Below, one piece after another: positions 36,085 through 45,021 of a DNA stretch of 45,871 nt; position 1 is the first letter of the stretch; every line of letters starts with the position of its first letter. A model generated the notes under the pieces. The model had not been told where the DNA came from. It did not search any database and was given only the letters and a program-made list of their open reading frames with translations. The stretch spans positions 1 through 45,871 of the IMG/VR virus record IMGVR_UViG_3300048560_000066, one strand, 5' to 3'. Source of the DNA: a virus. Its lineage: Duplodnaviria > Caudoviricetes. Both the position numbers and the translations under genes were made by a program.

Positions 36085-38072
36085 TTCTCGAGTCCCGCCT
36101 CGTAGTAACTTCTACCAAACCCGCCCGTCGCTTTCAAGGGCATCCCGGCGCACCAGGCGGGCGGGGTGGCCATGATGGCGAATAGGTTCTTGAGCGTCTC
36201 CTCGGCCTTCGCCTCCGGGACGATGTACACGAGTTCGTCGTGCGTCGTCGTCACCGGCTCGATGTCGAGCTCGGCCTTCGCCGCCACCATCTGCTCGAGG
36301 AGGATGTCCCGGCAGAACCCCTGGACGAGGTTCTCGACGAGCTTCCCGCCGTAGATGTACGTCACCTTCTTGCCGACCGGGCCGCCCATGTACCGGTAGC
36401 CGTCTTCACCCGAGCCTGTGAGCCCCGCGTAGTACAGCATCGCGCCGCCGGGGCGGATGATTTTGTGCCGGCCGACGATGAAGTTCGACTGCGGCCCGAA
36501 CGTCCCCTCCGCCTCATCGAGCACCATCTCCTCGAGGAGGTAGTCGCAGAACTTCCAGAGGTCGGTGATCTTCCGATTCACGGACCGGTACTTGTCGACG
36601 AAGAACTTCGCCACCGCGCAGTGGACGACGAGCGCTTCGGGCTCGAGTCGGGAGACGAGGTCCGCGCACCGCCCGCCGTACTTTGCGCGGAAGGCTTCGA
36701 GGTCGACGCCGTACTTCGCGACATCTTCGAGCCCGAAGGTGATGGGGTCGGCGCCGAACGGGCCAGCGAGGAGCTGGAGCGCGAACTTCGCCCACCCCAT
36801 TTGGTACCCGAGGCCGATCACCATCGCCTTCGAGACGGAGCGCTCCGCCTTGTCGGCCTTCGTAATCACGCGTCCGAAGGCGCGGGTGCCGAAGTCGCAG
36901 TAGATGTCCGCCCCGGGGTCAGCGAAGGCGCGGAGGAGTAGCTCGTCCTCCGCGAGCCACGCCGTCCCGCGTGGCTCCACCTGGCTCAGGTCGGCCGTGA
37001 GGACGACGTCCCCGGACGGGGCGACGAGGGACTTCCGGAGCGCGCCGTCCTTGTTGAGGTTCTGGAAGTTCGTCTTATCGGCCCCGCCCCAGCGCTTCGT
37101 GTGCGCCGCAGCGTACTTGAGGAACACCGGCGCCTTCGCGCCGTCCGCACCCAGACGTTGGAAGCGTTTGATGCGGCTCTCCATGATGGTCGACTTGACG
37201 CCGACGCGCGCCTCCGCGAGCCACCGGACCTCGTCGTCCGGGCTGTCGAGGAGCTCTTTCATGCCCGGGTCGCTCTTGGCGAATGCCCACGTCGCGAGAC
37301 CCGTCGTCCCAGAGACCTTCTGCGGCGGGTCGACCCCGAGGGTCATGAGCGCCGCGGCGAACTTCTCGTTCGACATGAGCTGCTCTTTGGTCGCGCCGAT
37401 TCGGCCGAGGAGGTCCGCCTTCCGCTTCTCCTCCTCGACGGCCGCCTCCGCCAGGAGAGGTTGGTCGATGCGGAACTTCGGGTTCGTGAACATCCGCACG
37501 GTGAGGTCGATACCCCAGAGCTCGACCTCGGGCATCTGGGGGAGCTGGCGCTTGAGAATCTCCCACTCGAGGAAGCAGTCGTGCTTGCAGTACTCGCCGT
37601 AGGTGGCGAGTTCCTCCGGCGTGAAGTCCTCGAGGCGCTTCCCGCTCACGCGGAGGACCTCGTCCCCCTTCGGCGGGAGCTTGTAGTACTCCGCCATCTT
37701 CTTCACGGAGTTCCCGCCGCTGACGAGGTAGGGGAGGAGGAAGCCCTGATTCTGCTGCGTGCAGAAGATGAACGCCGGGACGATGCCGAACTTCTCTGAC
37801 AGGATGAAGAGGTCGAACTGTGCGTTCGACGCGACGACCGCGGTCTTCGACCAATCGACCGTCGCGGCGAAGGCTCGGAACGCCGCTTCGGTGAACCACC
37901 GCGCCGGCTCGTCCCCCCGCTTCACCCCGACGCCGATGACCTGGAACCGCGGGTCCCGGACGTACTCGCTCGTCGACGTCTTCGAGAGGGAGTAGTCGCT
38001 CTGGTGGTAGTACGTCTCGAAGTCGATGGTGAGGATTTGCTCGAACGGCGCGGGCGGGACGCGGAGAGTCAT
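36081..38072 (-). CDS. Family A DNA polymerase with 3'-5' exonuclease
   Basis: ExoI IDFETY; motif A ADLSQVEPR; motif B RSVSKAMVIGLGY; ENLVQG; motif C THDEL. Confidence 0.93.
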   Translation of the reverse strand: MTLRVPPAPFEQILTIDFETYYHQSDYSLSKTSTSEYVRDPRFQVIGVGVKRGDEPARWFTEAAFRAFAATVDWSKTAVVASNAQFDLFILSEKFGIVPAFIFCTQQNQGFLLPYLVSGGNSVKKMAEYYKLPPKGDEVLRVSGKRLEDFTPEELATYGEYCKHDCFLEWEILKRQLPQMPEVELWGIDLTVRMFTNPKFRIDQPLLAEAAVEEEKRKADLLGRIGATKEQLMSNEKFAAALMTLGVDPPQKVSGTTGLATWAFAKSDPGMKELLDSPDDEVRWLAEARVGVKSTIMESRIKRFQRLGADGAKAPVFLKYAAAHTKRWGGADKTNFQNLNKDGALRKSLVAPSGDVVLTADLSQVEPRGTAWLAEDELLLRAFADPGADIYCDFGTRAFGRVITKADKAERSVSKAMVIGLGYQMGWAKFALQLLAGPFGADPITFGLEDVAKYGVDLEAFRAKYGGRCADLVSRLEPEALVVHCAVAKFFVDKYRSVNRKITDLWKFCDYLLEEMVLDEAEGTFGPQSNFIVGRHKIIRPGGAMLYYAGLTGSGEDGYRYMGGPVGKKVTYIYGGKLVENLVQGFCRDILLEQMVAAKAELDIEPVTTTHDELVYIVPEAKAEETLKNLFAIMATPPAWCAGMPLKATGGFGRSYYEAGLEK

Positions 38073-38494
38073 TCGAGGGCCTTGAGAGCGTCGATGGCTG
38101 CCTCGAATCCGACATCGTAGCCGCGGTCCCAATCGTCCTCACCTCGGGAGGAGGTCGCGCCCTTGTTCTCACTGGCCGCGCGCTTCAGCGCGGCGATGCA
38201 CCGCTCGCGTTCGGCTTTCGGGGCGGTTTCGGCCGCCAGCTCGAGACGCTTGACGTTCTCTCGCTGGCGGTCGAGCTCGCAGTCGAGCGCGATGACGTCC
38301 TCGTTGTGGTCTCCGTACTCGTCGACCAGCTTCGCACGAAGTCCTTGGCCCTCACGCTGCGCTTCGAGGAGCCGCCGCTCGAGTTCCGCCTTCCGGTACT
38401 TCAGGTCGGCGATGATGCGCTGGTCTTTCTCGACTCCGCGCCGGAGTTCGTCGAGCATGTCGCGGATCTCTTCGGGCACGAATGCGCTGTTCAC
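38069..38494 (-). CDS. Coiled-coil hypothetical protein
   Basis: GGAGG RBS, GTGA overlap. Confidence 0.6.
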   Translation of the reverse strand: MNSAFVPEEIRDMLDELRRGVEKDQRIIADLKYRKAELERRLLEAQREGQGLRAKLVDEYGDHNEDVIALDCELDRQRENVKRLELAAETAPKAERERCIAALKRAASENKGATSSRGEDDWDRGYDVGFEAAIDALKALE

Positions 38495-38754
38495 GTGATG
38501 ATCCTCCGTTCGTCCTTCGCCGGTTGTTTCGCCTTCTCCGCCGCTCGCTCCGCCTTCAGCGCCTCGAGCGCCGCGGCGAAGTTCACCCCGGCAATGTCGA
38601 GCCCGTCCCGCGCCGCGTCCCAGGCGAACGCGCAGGCGACCGACTGGAGTTCGGAGATGATGGCGTCCGCGGTGAGGAGTCGGAGGTAGAGTTCTTTCGA
38701 GGCGAGTTCGCTCGTCTCGAGGGCGCGCTTGAGGAACTGGGCTTGCTGGTTCAC
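38491..38754 (-). CDS. Hypothetical protein
   Basis: GGAGG RBS, coupled. Confidence 0.6.
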   Translation of the reverse strand: MNQQAQFLKRALETSELASKELYLRLLTADAIISELQSVACAFAWDAARDGLDIAGVNFAAALEALKAERAAEKAKQPAKDERRIIT

Positions 38755-38969
38755 GCGTCCTCCCGCGTGACATCGAACGAACTCTTCTCGACGGCGGTGT
38801 ACCGCCCCGCGGGCTCAACCCTGAAGACCTCGATGCTCGTCCTGGCGAGCGGCGTAGGGTTTCGAACCGCGAACAGGTGGATGTCGTCGTGCGTCGGCTC
38901 GCGGTCGAGGAAGCTCGCCGAACCCCAGCGGAGCGAGTCGGAGGCCCGGCGGACGATGGCCCACATCAT
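38751..38969 (-). CDS. Hypothetical protein
   Basis: GGAGG RBS, coupled. Confidence 0.55.
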   Translation of the reverse strand: MMWAIVRRASDSLRWGSASFLDREPTHDDIHLFAVRNPTPLARTSIEVFRVEPAGRYTAVEKSSFDVTREDA

Positions 38970-39196
38970 GGGACCCTCCCGGTCTTCTCGAAGCTCGTCT
39001 TCTTCTCGAAATACACCCGCACATCGAAGATCTCAGCGGACCCGACTTGCATCACGGCCACTCGGCCGTTGGGGAACGCCAACGTCAGCTGCTCCTGGGT
39101 GGGCGGGTCTTGGTACGCCGAGAACTCGAAGCCGGCCGTGTCAAGCACGCCGTCGGCAGCGCAGGGGATCGCGAGCCAGAACGGAACGCGAATCAT
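38966..39196 (-). CDS. Hypothetical protein
   Basis: GGAGG RBS before MIRVPF. Confidence 0.55.
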   Translation of the reverse strand: MIRVPFWLAIPCAADGVLDTAGFEFSAYQDPPTQEQLTLAFPNGRVAVMQVGSAEIFDVRVYFEKKTSFEKTGRVP

Positions 39197-39296
39197 CGCA
39201 TCGCCTCCAGGACGATGGTCGCGACCCCAGCGAAGATCGCCGCGACGGACAGGATGAGCTGCGCTTTTTCTCGGAGAGTCCACTTCATCTGCGTCG

Positions 39297-39680
39297 TCAT
39301 GATTCATCCTTTCGGTCAACGTCTGGTCGGACATCTTCGGGCCGGTGGCACCAACAGGTATGGTCGTCACATCGCGCCGGCTTCCCCTCGGGGGTGAGGA
39401 GCCCGTCGGCGATGAAGCGCTGACAGAGCGAGCACGTGGAGTCGAAACCCGGGGTCTCCACCGTCGCCGCGCCCCAGGGGCGCTGCCCATGATGCGCTGG
39501 CGTGTACGGCGCGACCTCGCCCGAATGCTGTCCGGTCGCCCGCCCGAACGTTCGGCACCAGCTCCGCTGGAACTCGCTCGAGTTCCCCTTCGGGCCGTCG
39601 GTGCGTGAAAACTGCCGGAGGAGCTGCTCGACCTCGCGGGTGTTTCGGAGCTTCGCGGCCTTCGCCTTGTCTTCGCTCAT
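39297..39680 (-). CDS. Hypothetical protein with Cys/His zinc-binding C-terminus
   Basis: GAAAGGA RBS; CSLC...CDDHTCWCH. Confidence 0.65.
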   Translation of the reverse strand: MSEDKAKAAKLRNTREVEQLLRQFSRTDGPKGNSSEFQRSWCRTFGRATGQHSGEVAPYTPAHHGQRPWGAATVETPGFDSTCSLCQRFIADGLLTPEGKPARCDDHTCWCHRPEDVRPDVDRKDES

Positions 39681-39693
39681 GACGTCCTTTCTA

Positions 39694-39780
39694 TACCGCA
39701 GGGAGGATTTGATACCTCCACGCTCGTATGCCTACGAGCACCGCCTCCGATGGCGGCGCGTCTCATTTCGCCACTGCGGT
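39694..39780 (-). tRNA. Atypical class II (Leu-like body) tRNA, anticodon unassignable
   Basis: Acceptor ACCGCAG/CTGCGGT+A; D arm GCG AAATGAGA CGC; CCGCC ATCGGA GGCGG; variable arm GCTCGTA GGCA TACGAGC; T arm GGAGG TATCAAAT CCTCC. Confidence 0.7.
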
Positions 39781-39781
39781 G

Positions 39782-39852
39782 TTGCGGCGCCTGGATTCGA
39801 ACCAGGGTTCTCCGGCGTATGAAGCCGGGAGGGTGGCCAGACCCCCGCCGCA
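39782..39852 (-). tRNA. tRNA with CAT anticodon (Met, fMet or Ile2 not resolved)
   Basis: Acceptor TGCGGCG/CGCCGCA; anticodon arm CCGGC TTCATAC GCCGG; T arm CCTGG TTCGAAT CCAGG; short D arm; no encoded CCA. Confidence 0.85.
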
Positions 39853-39857
39853 GTACA

Positions 39858-39936
39858 TGGAGCCGCTGGGACTCGAACCCAGGCCCGTTTCCGCATCGCA
39901 ACGGCTACCAGCGAGCGGGGGCTGCCTATCGGCTCC
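39858..39936 (-). ncRNA. tRNA-like RNA with perfect acceptor and T arms but non-canonical middle
   Basis: GGAGCCG/CGGCTCC+A; CTGGG TTCGAGT CCCAG; CCGTT-10nt-AACGG in place of an anticodon arm. Confidence 0.65.
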
Positions 39937-40059
39937 GAAACGACGCGTAACGTGCGTCACTCGGCGTAGTCACTCCCCAAGGACCGCGCAGCGCGGAAGA
40001 ACAGGAGCCTACGCTGTGGGGGTTATTCCGCCCGCCACCTCCCACTGGGCGGGGCCTCG

Positions 40060-40587
40060 TTACTTCGTACCGCGACGTGCCGCGACCAGCTCAGGCGTGT
40101 TCTGCTTCGAGTCGATGGCCGAGTAGCGGAACCAGTTCTGCTTCTGGCCCTTCTTCGTGGTGCCCTCGTAGACCTCCGCCTGGTAGCGCAGGCCGATGGC
40201 GGCGCCCTGAATGAGGTCGTTCAAGGTGCTGACGAACAGGTCGGGGTCCTTCTCGCACGCCTTCTCGAAGGAGTCGGGAGCGCAGAGCCCGGACGAGTCG
40301 ACGATGGCCTCGACCATCTTCTTCACGCGCCCTTGCGCGCCCTCAAGCCCCATGTTCTGCGCGTCGCTGACCGTCGAGCCGACCGCGTTGGGCTCTTCGG
40401 CGGGGTCGGTCTTCGTCGCGGTGATGATCTCCGACTCGGTGATGAACATCAGCTTGTTGTTGCGTTTCATCTCGTACAGAATCTTCTTCACCTCGAGCGT
40501 GTACAGCCCGCGCCGGGCCCGCTGCCCTCCGGAATCGAACTTCGGAGCGTTTGCGATGGCCGTCAACATCTCACGTGAAAGCGTCAT
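40060..40587 (-). CDS. Probable ssDNA-binding (OB-fold-like) protein
   Basis: GLYTLEV...MFITESEI pattern, size and replication context; GAGGT RBS. Confidence 0.45.
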   Translation of the reverse strand: MTLSREMLTAIANAPKFDSGGQRARRGLYTLEVKKILYEMKRNNKLMFITESEIITATKTDPAEEPNAVGSTVSDAQNMGLEGAQGRVKKMVEAIVDSSGLCAPDSFEKACEKDPDLFVSTLNDLIQGAAIGLRYQAEVYEGTTKKGQKQNWFRYSAIDSKQNTPELVAARRGTK

Positions 40588-40648
40588 GTGTGTACCTCGT
40601 TACTGCGAGTGAACTGCATCGAGAAGAATACCGCAACGTCACCGGAAG

Positions 40649-41224
40649 TCAAGTCCAGTCGTACGCTTCGGCCTCTTCCCGCGTAAGGAAGAAGTGAATC
40701 CCGCGCGTGCATTGGACCGCGGGGTCTGCGTCGTAGTCGTCGACTACGACCTCGGCGCCGACGCGGTACTCGAAGCGCGGGTCGTGTTTCGAGTACGCGA
40801 CCTCGCCCGCGGACATCGAAAGCACCTTCGCCCGTGACGCGCGGCACTTGCGCCACTTCGAAGTCATGACCGGCTCGACGCGCGGGCCCCGGACCTCGAG
40901 TTCGACGAGTACCGCTCCGTCCAACGCGCCGACGAGCTTTTTCCAAGCGGTGAACGCGCCTTTCGGAGCGATCTTGGTCTCGTACCGCGCGCCCCGGAGG
41001 TCCGCGCCCTGGAGGTTCGCGTTCCGGAGGTACGCGCCCTGGAGGTCCGCGCCCTGGAGGTTCGCGTCCCGGAGGTACGCGCCCTCGAGGTCCGCGCGCT
41101 GGAGGTCCGCGCCCCGGAGGTCCGCGCCCTGGAGGTTCGCGCGCTCGCCTCCCACTTCCCCGCGCAAGTAGAGCGCATGCTTCGAGAGAACGACTTTCAA
41201 CTCTTCAGCGGTGTATGTTTTCAT
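40649..41224 (-). CDS. Pentapeptide-repeat protein with DUF5758-like C-terminus (copy B, 10 repeats)
   Basis: Repeats 40991-41140; KCRAS...[22 protein letters not shown]. Confidence 0.9.
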   Translation of the reverse strand: MKTYTAEELKVVLSKHALYLRGEVGGERANLQGADLRGADLQRADLEGAYLRDANLQGADLQGAYLRNANLQGADLRGARYETKIAPKGAFTAWKKLVGALDGAVLVELEVRGPRVEPVMTSKWRKCRASRAKVLSMSAGEVAYSKHDPRFEYRVGAEVVVDDYDADPAVQCTRGIHFFLTREEAEAYDWT

Positions 41225-41245
41225 GGTTTCCTTTCAAATACAGTA

Positions 41246-43069
41246 TTACCAGCCGAACGTCGCCGTCAAGAGCTTCTGTCGATTCCCCTGGTGGTTTTCG
41301 ATGTGCTGCGCCAGGACGAGCGCGCGGTCCAAGTCCGCGACGAACTCCGGCGTGTGCCGGTACACGTCGAACGTCACCTCGTCAGCGGGCTGGCCGGGGC
41401 GATGCGTACGCCCGACGAGCTGCTCCCAAATGTCCCCTCCGCCGGGCGGGTTGCACACGAGGTTGCGGTTGAAAGCGAATTGCAGGTTCCGCTCTTTGTG
41501 GTGGCTGCGAATGCTGGCGATGATGGTCCGGTCGCCCTTCTCCGCGAGGAGCCCGCGGACCGCGTCCTCCCCCGGGCCGTAGAATGGGAAGCCGCTCTCG
41601 TCGGCAAGCCGAGCGCCGAGCGCCGCCGGCTCGTACCAGATGATGCCGGGCTTCTCCTTGCCCCAGGCGATGGCGTCCTCGACGAGGAAGTCGTCAAGCC
41701 ACACCGTCTCCGTCTCGTGCTGCACCGTCTCCCGCGTGAGGACCCATTCAGGCCAGGTCTCCGCCGCCCACACCGGCAGGGGGCCTTCGTAGTCGTCGTA
41801 GAAGCGAATCGCCGCCTTCGCGCAGAGGAACGGCGAGTCGAGGTGCGGCTCGGCTTTCTGAATCTTCTTCCGGAGCTCGCGGTGCCACTCCGCCCGCGTC
41901 TCCTTCCAGCGGTCGATGACTTCGGGTTTCTCTTTCCGGGGGAAGCGCCAGCGGTAGTAGAAGCCGGAAGCGAGCTGGTCGAGGCACCGGAAGACCGCGA
42001 AGGCGTCGACGAGCGCCTCGCCGTCGGGGCGGTCCCAGCTCGCGCGGACGTTCGCGAGGAGCCGGCGGATCTCCGCGGGGGCTTCGAGCTTCCGCTCGCG
42101 GAAGACGAGCGAGGCGTTGCAGTTCGCTGCGCTGTCTGACGACACGACGCCCTCCGAGTCGCGGAGGCGCCGGCCGAAGCCCTTCGAGACGTCCTCGCCG
42201 GGCTCGCAGAAGACCGCGAGCCGGCCCGGCGGGCTCCGGGTGACGTTCCCCGCCTCGACGGGGTCGATGGCGCCGGCCCACTCCTCCGCCGTGTGCCACG
42301 CAAGCGGGACGGGGGCGCGCTGCTTCAGCGCGTATTTCGCGAGGTGGGCGTAGTCCTTCAGCGACTTCGCGGTCAGCGTGCCCGACCAGCAGCAGAGCCG
42401 CACTTGCGGGTGCGCGTCCATGTACCGGCAGAAGCGCTTCGTCCGCGCCGCGTTCGGGTTCCGGAGGGCCTGGACCTCGTCGCAGATGATGAGGTCGGGG
42501 TTGATCTGCTCGAGGAGGAGCGTTGAGTCAGGGCTCGAGAGCTCGGAGTACGCGACGACGTGGAGGTACGGGCGCCCGGGGAAGCGGAAGCGGCCAGAGG
42601 TGAGGTTCGGGAGCTTCCAGTGCTGTTCGTAGAACGCCCAGTCGAACTCGAGGAGCTGCGTCTTCATCGTCGGAGGGATGAGGAGGACCGCGGTCTTCGT
42701 CCCCGGCATCACCATCGCCGAGAGCAGGTCGAGGAGTGTCTTCCCGTCGCCGACGCCGATGGGGTCCATCGCGCCGCCGACGATGGCCATCTCCGCGAGC
42801 GCCCACGCCTGGACGTCCTTGAGCTTGTTCGGGCAGGGGCGGTGCATCGCCGCGCACCGGCATGCGACGGCGCCCTTCGAGAGCTGCGCGCCGAGGTGCT
42901 CGACGAGCGGGGCGAGCTCGGCGGGGGAGGGTCGCGGGCGCCGCGGGAGCGCCTCGACGCGGTCCAGGTCGGGCGAGCCCCCCACGGGCCGGCCGAGCAC
43001 CCGGCCCATAGAGCGCTCGGTCGACGGCGGGGGCGCGGGCGGCGCGCCGAGGGGGGCGAAGAGGCTCAC
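41246..43069 (-). CDS. Superfamily 2 (SNF2-like) helicase
   Basis: GVGDGKT, IICDEVQ, WSGT, WEQLVGRTHRPGQ. Confidence 0.85.
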   Translation of the reverse strand: MSLFAPLGAPPAPPPSTERSMGRVLGRPVGGSPDLDRVEALPRRPRPSPAELAPLVEHLGAQLSKGAVACRCAAMHRPCPNKLKDVQAWALAEMAIVGGAMDPIGVGDGKTLLDLLSAMVMPGTKTAVLLIPPTMKTQLLEFDWAFYEQHWKLPNLTSGRFRFPGRPYLHVVAYSELSSPDSTLLLEQINPDLIICDEVQALRNPNAARTKRFCRYMDAHPQVRLCCWSGTLTAKSLKDYAHLAKYALKQRAPVPLAWHTAEEWAGAIDPVEAGNVTRSPPGRLAVFCEPGEDVSKGFGRRLRDSEGVVSSDSAANCNASLVFRERKLEAPAEIRRLLANVRASWDRPDGEALVDAFAVFRCLDQLASGFYYRWRFPRKEKPEVIDRWKETRAEWHRELRKKIQKAEPHLDSPFLCAKAAIRFYDDYEGPLPVWAAETWPEWVLTRETVQHETETVWLDDFLVEDAIAWGKEKPGIIWYEPAALGARLADESGFPFYGPGEDAVRGLLAEKGDRTIIASIRSHHKERNLQFAFNRNLVCNPPGGGDIWEQLVGRTHRPGQPADEVTFDVYRHTPEFVADLDRALVLAQHIENHQGNRQKLLTATFGW

Positions 43070-43287
43070 TTGCTCGCGGCTTCGCGGAGGGCTTCGGTCG
43101 TCACTTCCGGATCGCGCGCGAACGCAAGTACTGCTTTGTAAAAGCCCTCCGCGGACCAGGCCTCGAACGGGAAGCCTTTGGCGAACGGATCCTGTGTGAC
43201 GGGTTTCCAGTTCAAAGCGAGGTGGTCGATGACCATTCGCCGCGCCGCCTCGACCGCCTTCTTCACATCGTCTTCGGAGAAGATCAC
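43066..43287 (-). CDS. Hypothetical protein
   Basis: GAAGGA RBS, GTGA overlaps. Confidence 0.5.
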   Translation of the reverse strand: MIFSEDDVKKAVEAARRMVIDHLALNWKPVTQDPFAKGFPFEAWSAEGFYKAVLAFARDPEVTTEALREAASK

Positions 43288-43471
43288 GAGAGCACGTCCT
43301 TCAGTTTTTGGTCGAGCGCCTCGATAAGGGGCTTCGCCGCCCACGCCGGTCCGCCCGGAATCGCGTTGTGCGCGGCCGCGAGAATGTGCCGGAGCGCTTT
43401 CACTTCGGCGATCGTGAGCACTGGATCCGGGCAAACCGCGTTGAGATCCTCCACAGCGGCCGATTTCGTCT

Positions 43472-44800
43472 TCACTTGCCACCCGTCCCCGCCGCCTTGG
43501 CGCGCTCGTTGTACGGGGCGAGCTGCTTCTCGAGCTCGGTCTCGACGAGGACGGAGAGCTCCTCCGCGGTCATCCCCCGAGCGGAGATGGCCACCTCGAT
43601 TTTGGCGCTCTGGTAGTTCCCGAGGTTGACGGTGAAGCTGCGGCCGACGGTGACCTCGGTGATCTCGCCGGTCGCGAACACGGTGACGGGCGCCGGCTCG
43701 GCACTCGCGGGGGCGGTGAACTTCGCCGGGTCTGAGAACTTCGGCTTCGGCTTGTTCTTCGCGCCGGGCGGCCGACCCGGACCGCGGGGCTTCTCGAGCG
43801 CGGGCGGAGGCGCCGCGGGGGCGTCGTCGGGGCCGCCGGGTGCGGTCGGGACGGGCGGGGGGAGGGGCTCCGGCGCGCGCCGCGGGGGCGGAACGGCCTC
43901 GAAGACCGGCGCGGGCTTCGGCTCCGGGGGCGGCGGGAGGGGCTTCTCCGCCGGGGGAGGGGGAGGGGCGGCGGGCGCACCACTCGCGGTGGTTTGAATC
44001 GCCTTGAATCGGTCGAAGAGACTGGCCATGTCTTTGCTTTCCTTTCGCTTCAGGAGCCCGAACAGGTCGGGGGGAGTACGGGGGCACTGCGAACGGAACG
44101 GACAACCAAACGCCACATCACATACAGCGAGATTCGGTTCGACTTTATTTATATCCGTTTCCTTCGCGATGTCAAGCGCCGTCCGCGCGAGCTTCTCAAC
44201 CCGGACGAATTGCTCGGCGATGTGCTCCCGGGTGACGACCGCCGACCGCGGCACGCACTTCGCCGCGCCCTTGGTCTGGAAGTACACGAGCGAGAGCCGA
44301 ATCGGGTCGTCGGTCTCGGCGAGCACGTTGTAGAACCACTCGCCGTAGATGACGGGTTGCGTGGCGATGCGAACCTCGAAATGCGACTTCGCCCACTTCT
44401 CGATACTCGAGGTCGTCTTCCAGTCGACGACCTCGGCCTGCACCCCGTCCGCCTTGTCCTGCTCGCTCGGGTACGCCAGGAGGTCGATACGCCCCGAGTA
44501 GGGGATGCCGTCGGTGTAGATGCCGCCCTTGAACTTGTGCTCGACGCCGATGATCCGCGGGATGTACGCGGCGATGAGGTCCTTCCCCGGGAGCGCCAGC
44601 GGGTGAAGAGAATTCACCGTCCCGCCCGACTCGAGGAAAGACTCGTTCCCCTTGTGGACGAGGTCGCCGAGCTCGGTCGCCTCGTTCCCGGAGAAGCCGC
44701 GGAGCTGGAGCGGGCCCTCGACGAACCAGTGCTTCCGATGGCACCCGAACGGCGCGTCCGGGTCCATCTGGTCGAGCATGCTGGCGGTGAAGCGGTTCAC
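43472..44800 (-). CDS. Cas4/RecB-like PD-(D/E)XK exonuclease fused through a Pro-rich linker to a small C-terminal domain
   Basis: GCHRKHWF, LGDLVH, GRIDLL, VVDWKT, C-x5-CPFRSQC; tail TVNLGNYQSAKIEV. Confidence 0.85.
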   Translation of the reverse strand: MNRFTASMLDQMDPDAPFGCHRKHWFVEGPLQLRGFSGNEATELGDLVHKGNESFLESGGTVNSLHPLALPGKDLIAAYIPRIIGVEHKFKGGIYTDGIPYSGRIDLLAYPSEQDKADGVQAEVVDWKTTSSIEKWAKSHFEVRIATQPVIYGEWFYNVLAETDDPIRLSLVYFQTKGAAKCVPRSAVVTREHIAEQFVRVEKLARTALDIAKETDINKVEPNLAVCDVAFGCPFRSQCPRTPPDLFGLLKRKESKDMASLFDRFKAIQTTASGAPAAPPPPPAEKPLPPPPEPKPAPVFEAVPPPRRAPEPLPPPVPTAPGGPDDAPAAPPPALEKPRGPGRPPGAKNKPKPKFSDPAKFTAPASAEPAPVTVFATGEITEVTVGRSFTVNLGNYQSAKIEVAISARGMTAEELSVLVETELEKQLAPYNERAKAAGTGGK

Positions 44801-45021
44801 TCGAACCCAAACCCGGGCGGAGAAGCGCCGCCCGCGTCGAGGAGGTCTTCTTCGAGCGCGCAGACTCGCTCCTCGAGCGCCTTCGCATACTTCTCCCAGC
44901 ACGCCCTGCATCCGATGCCGCCCGCGCATTTGGGCGCACGCTTGCCTTTGTAGCGCCCCGAGTACGCGCATTCCATCCGGTCTTCGGTCGGGGCGTATCT
45001 CGTGAGGGAGATCGCTTTCAT
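44797..45021 (-). CDS. Small Cys-rich hypothetical protein
   Basis: C...YKGKRAPKC...CRACW; ATGA overlap. Confidence 0.6.
   Translation of the reverse strand: MKAISLTRYAPTEDRMECAYSGRYKGKRAPKCAGGIGCRACWEKYAKALEERVCALEEDLLDAGGASPPGFGFE

Noticed and set aside
33545-38072. Z-genome (2-aminoadenine) or other base-modification pathway
   Set aside because: A dATP/dGTP diphosphohydrolase and PolA are present, but no PurZ, deazaguanine or thymidine-modification genes were recognised.
39580-39610. TDGPKGN resembling MCP VTGPKGD as another capsid fragment
   Set aside because: Match too short to distinguish from chance.
39858-39936. Full tmRNA gene or attP site
   Set aside because: Only 79 nt with no tag reading frame and no G3-U70 pair; no integrase found.
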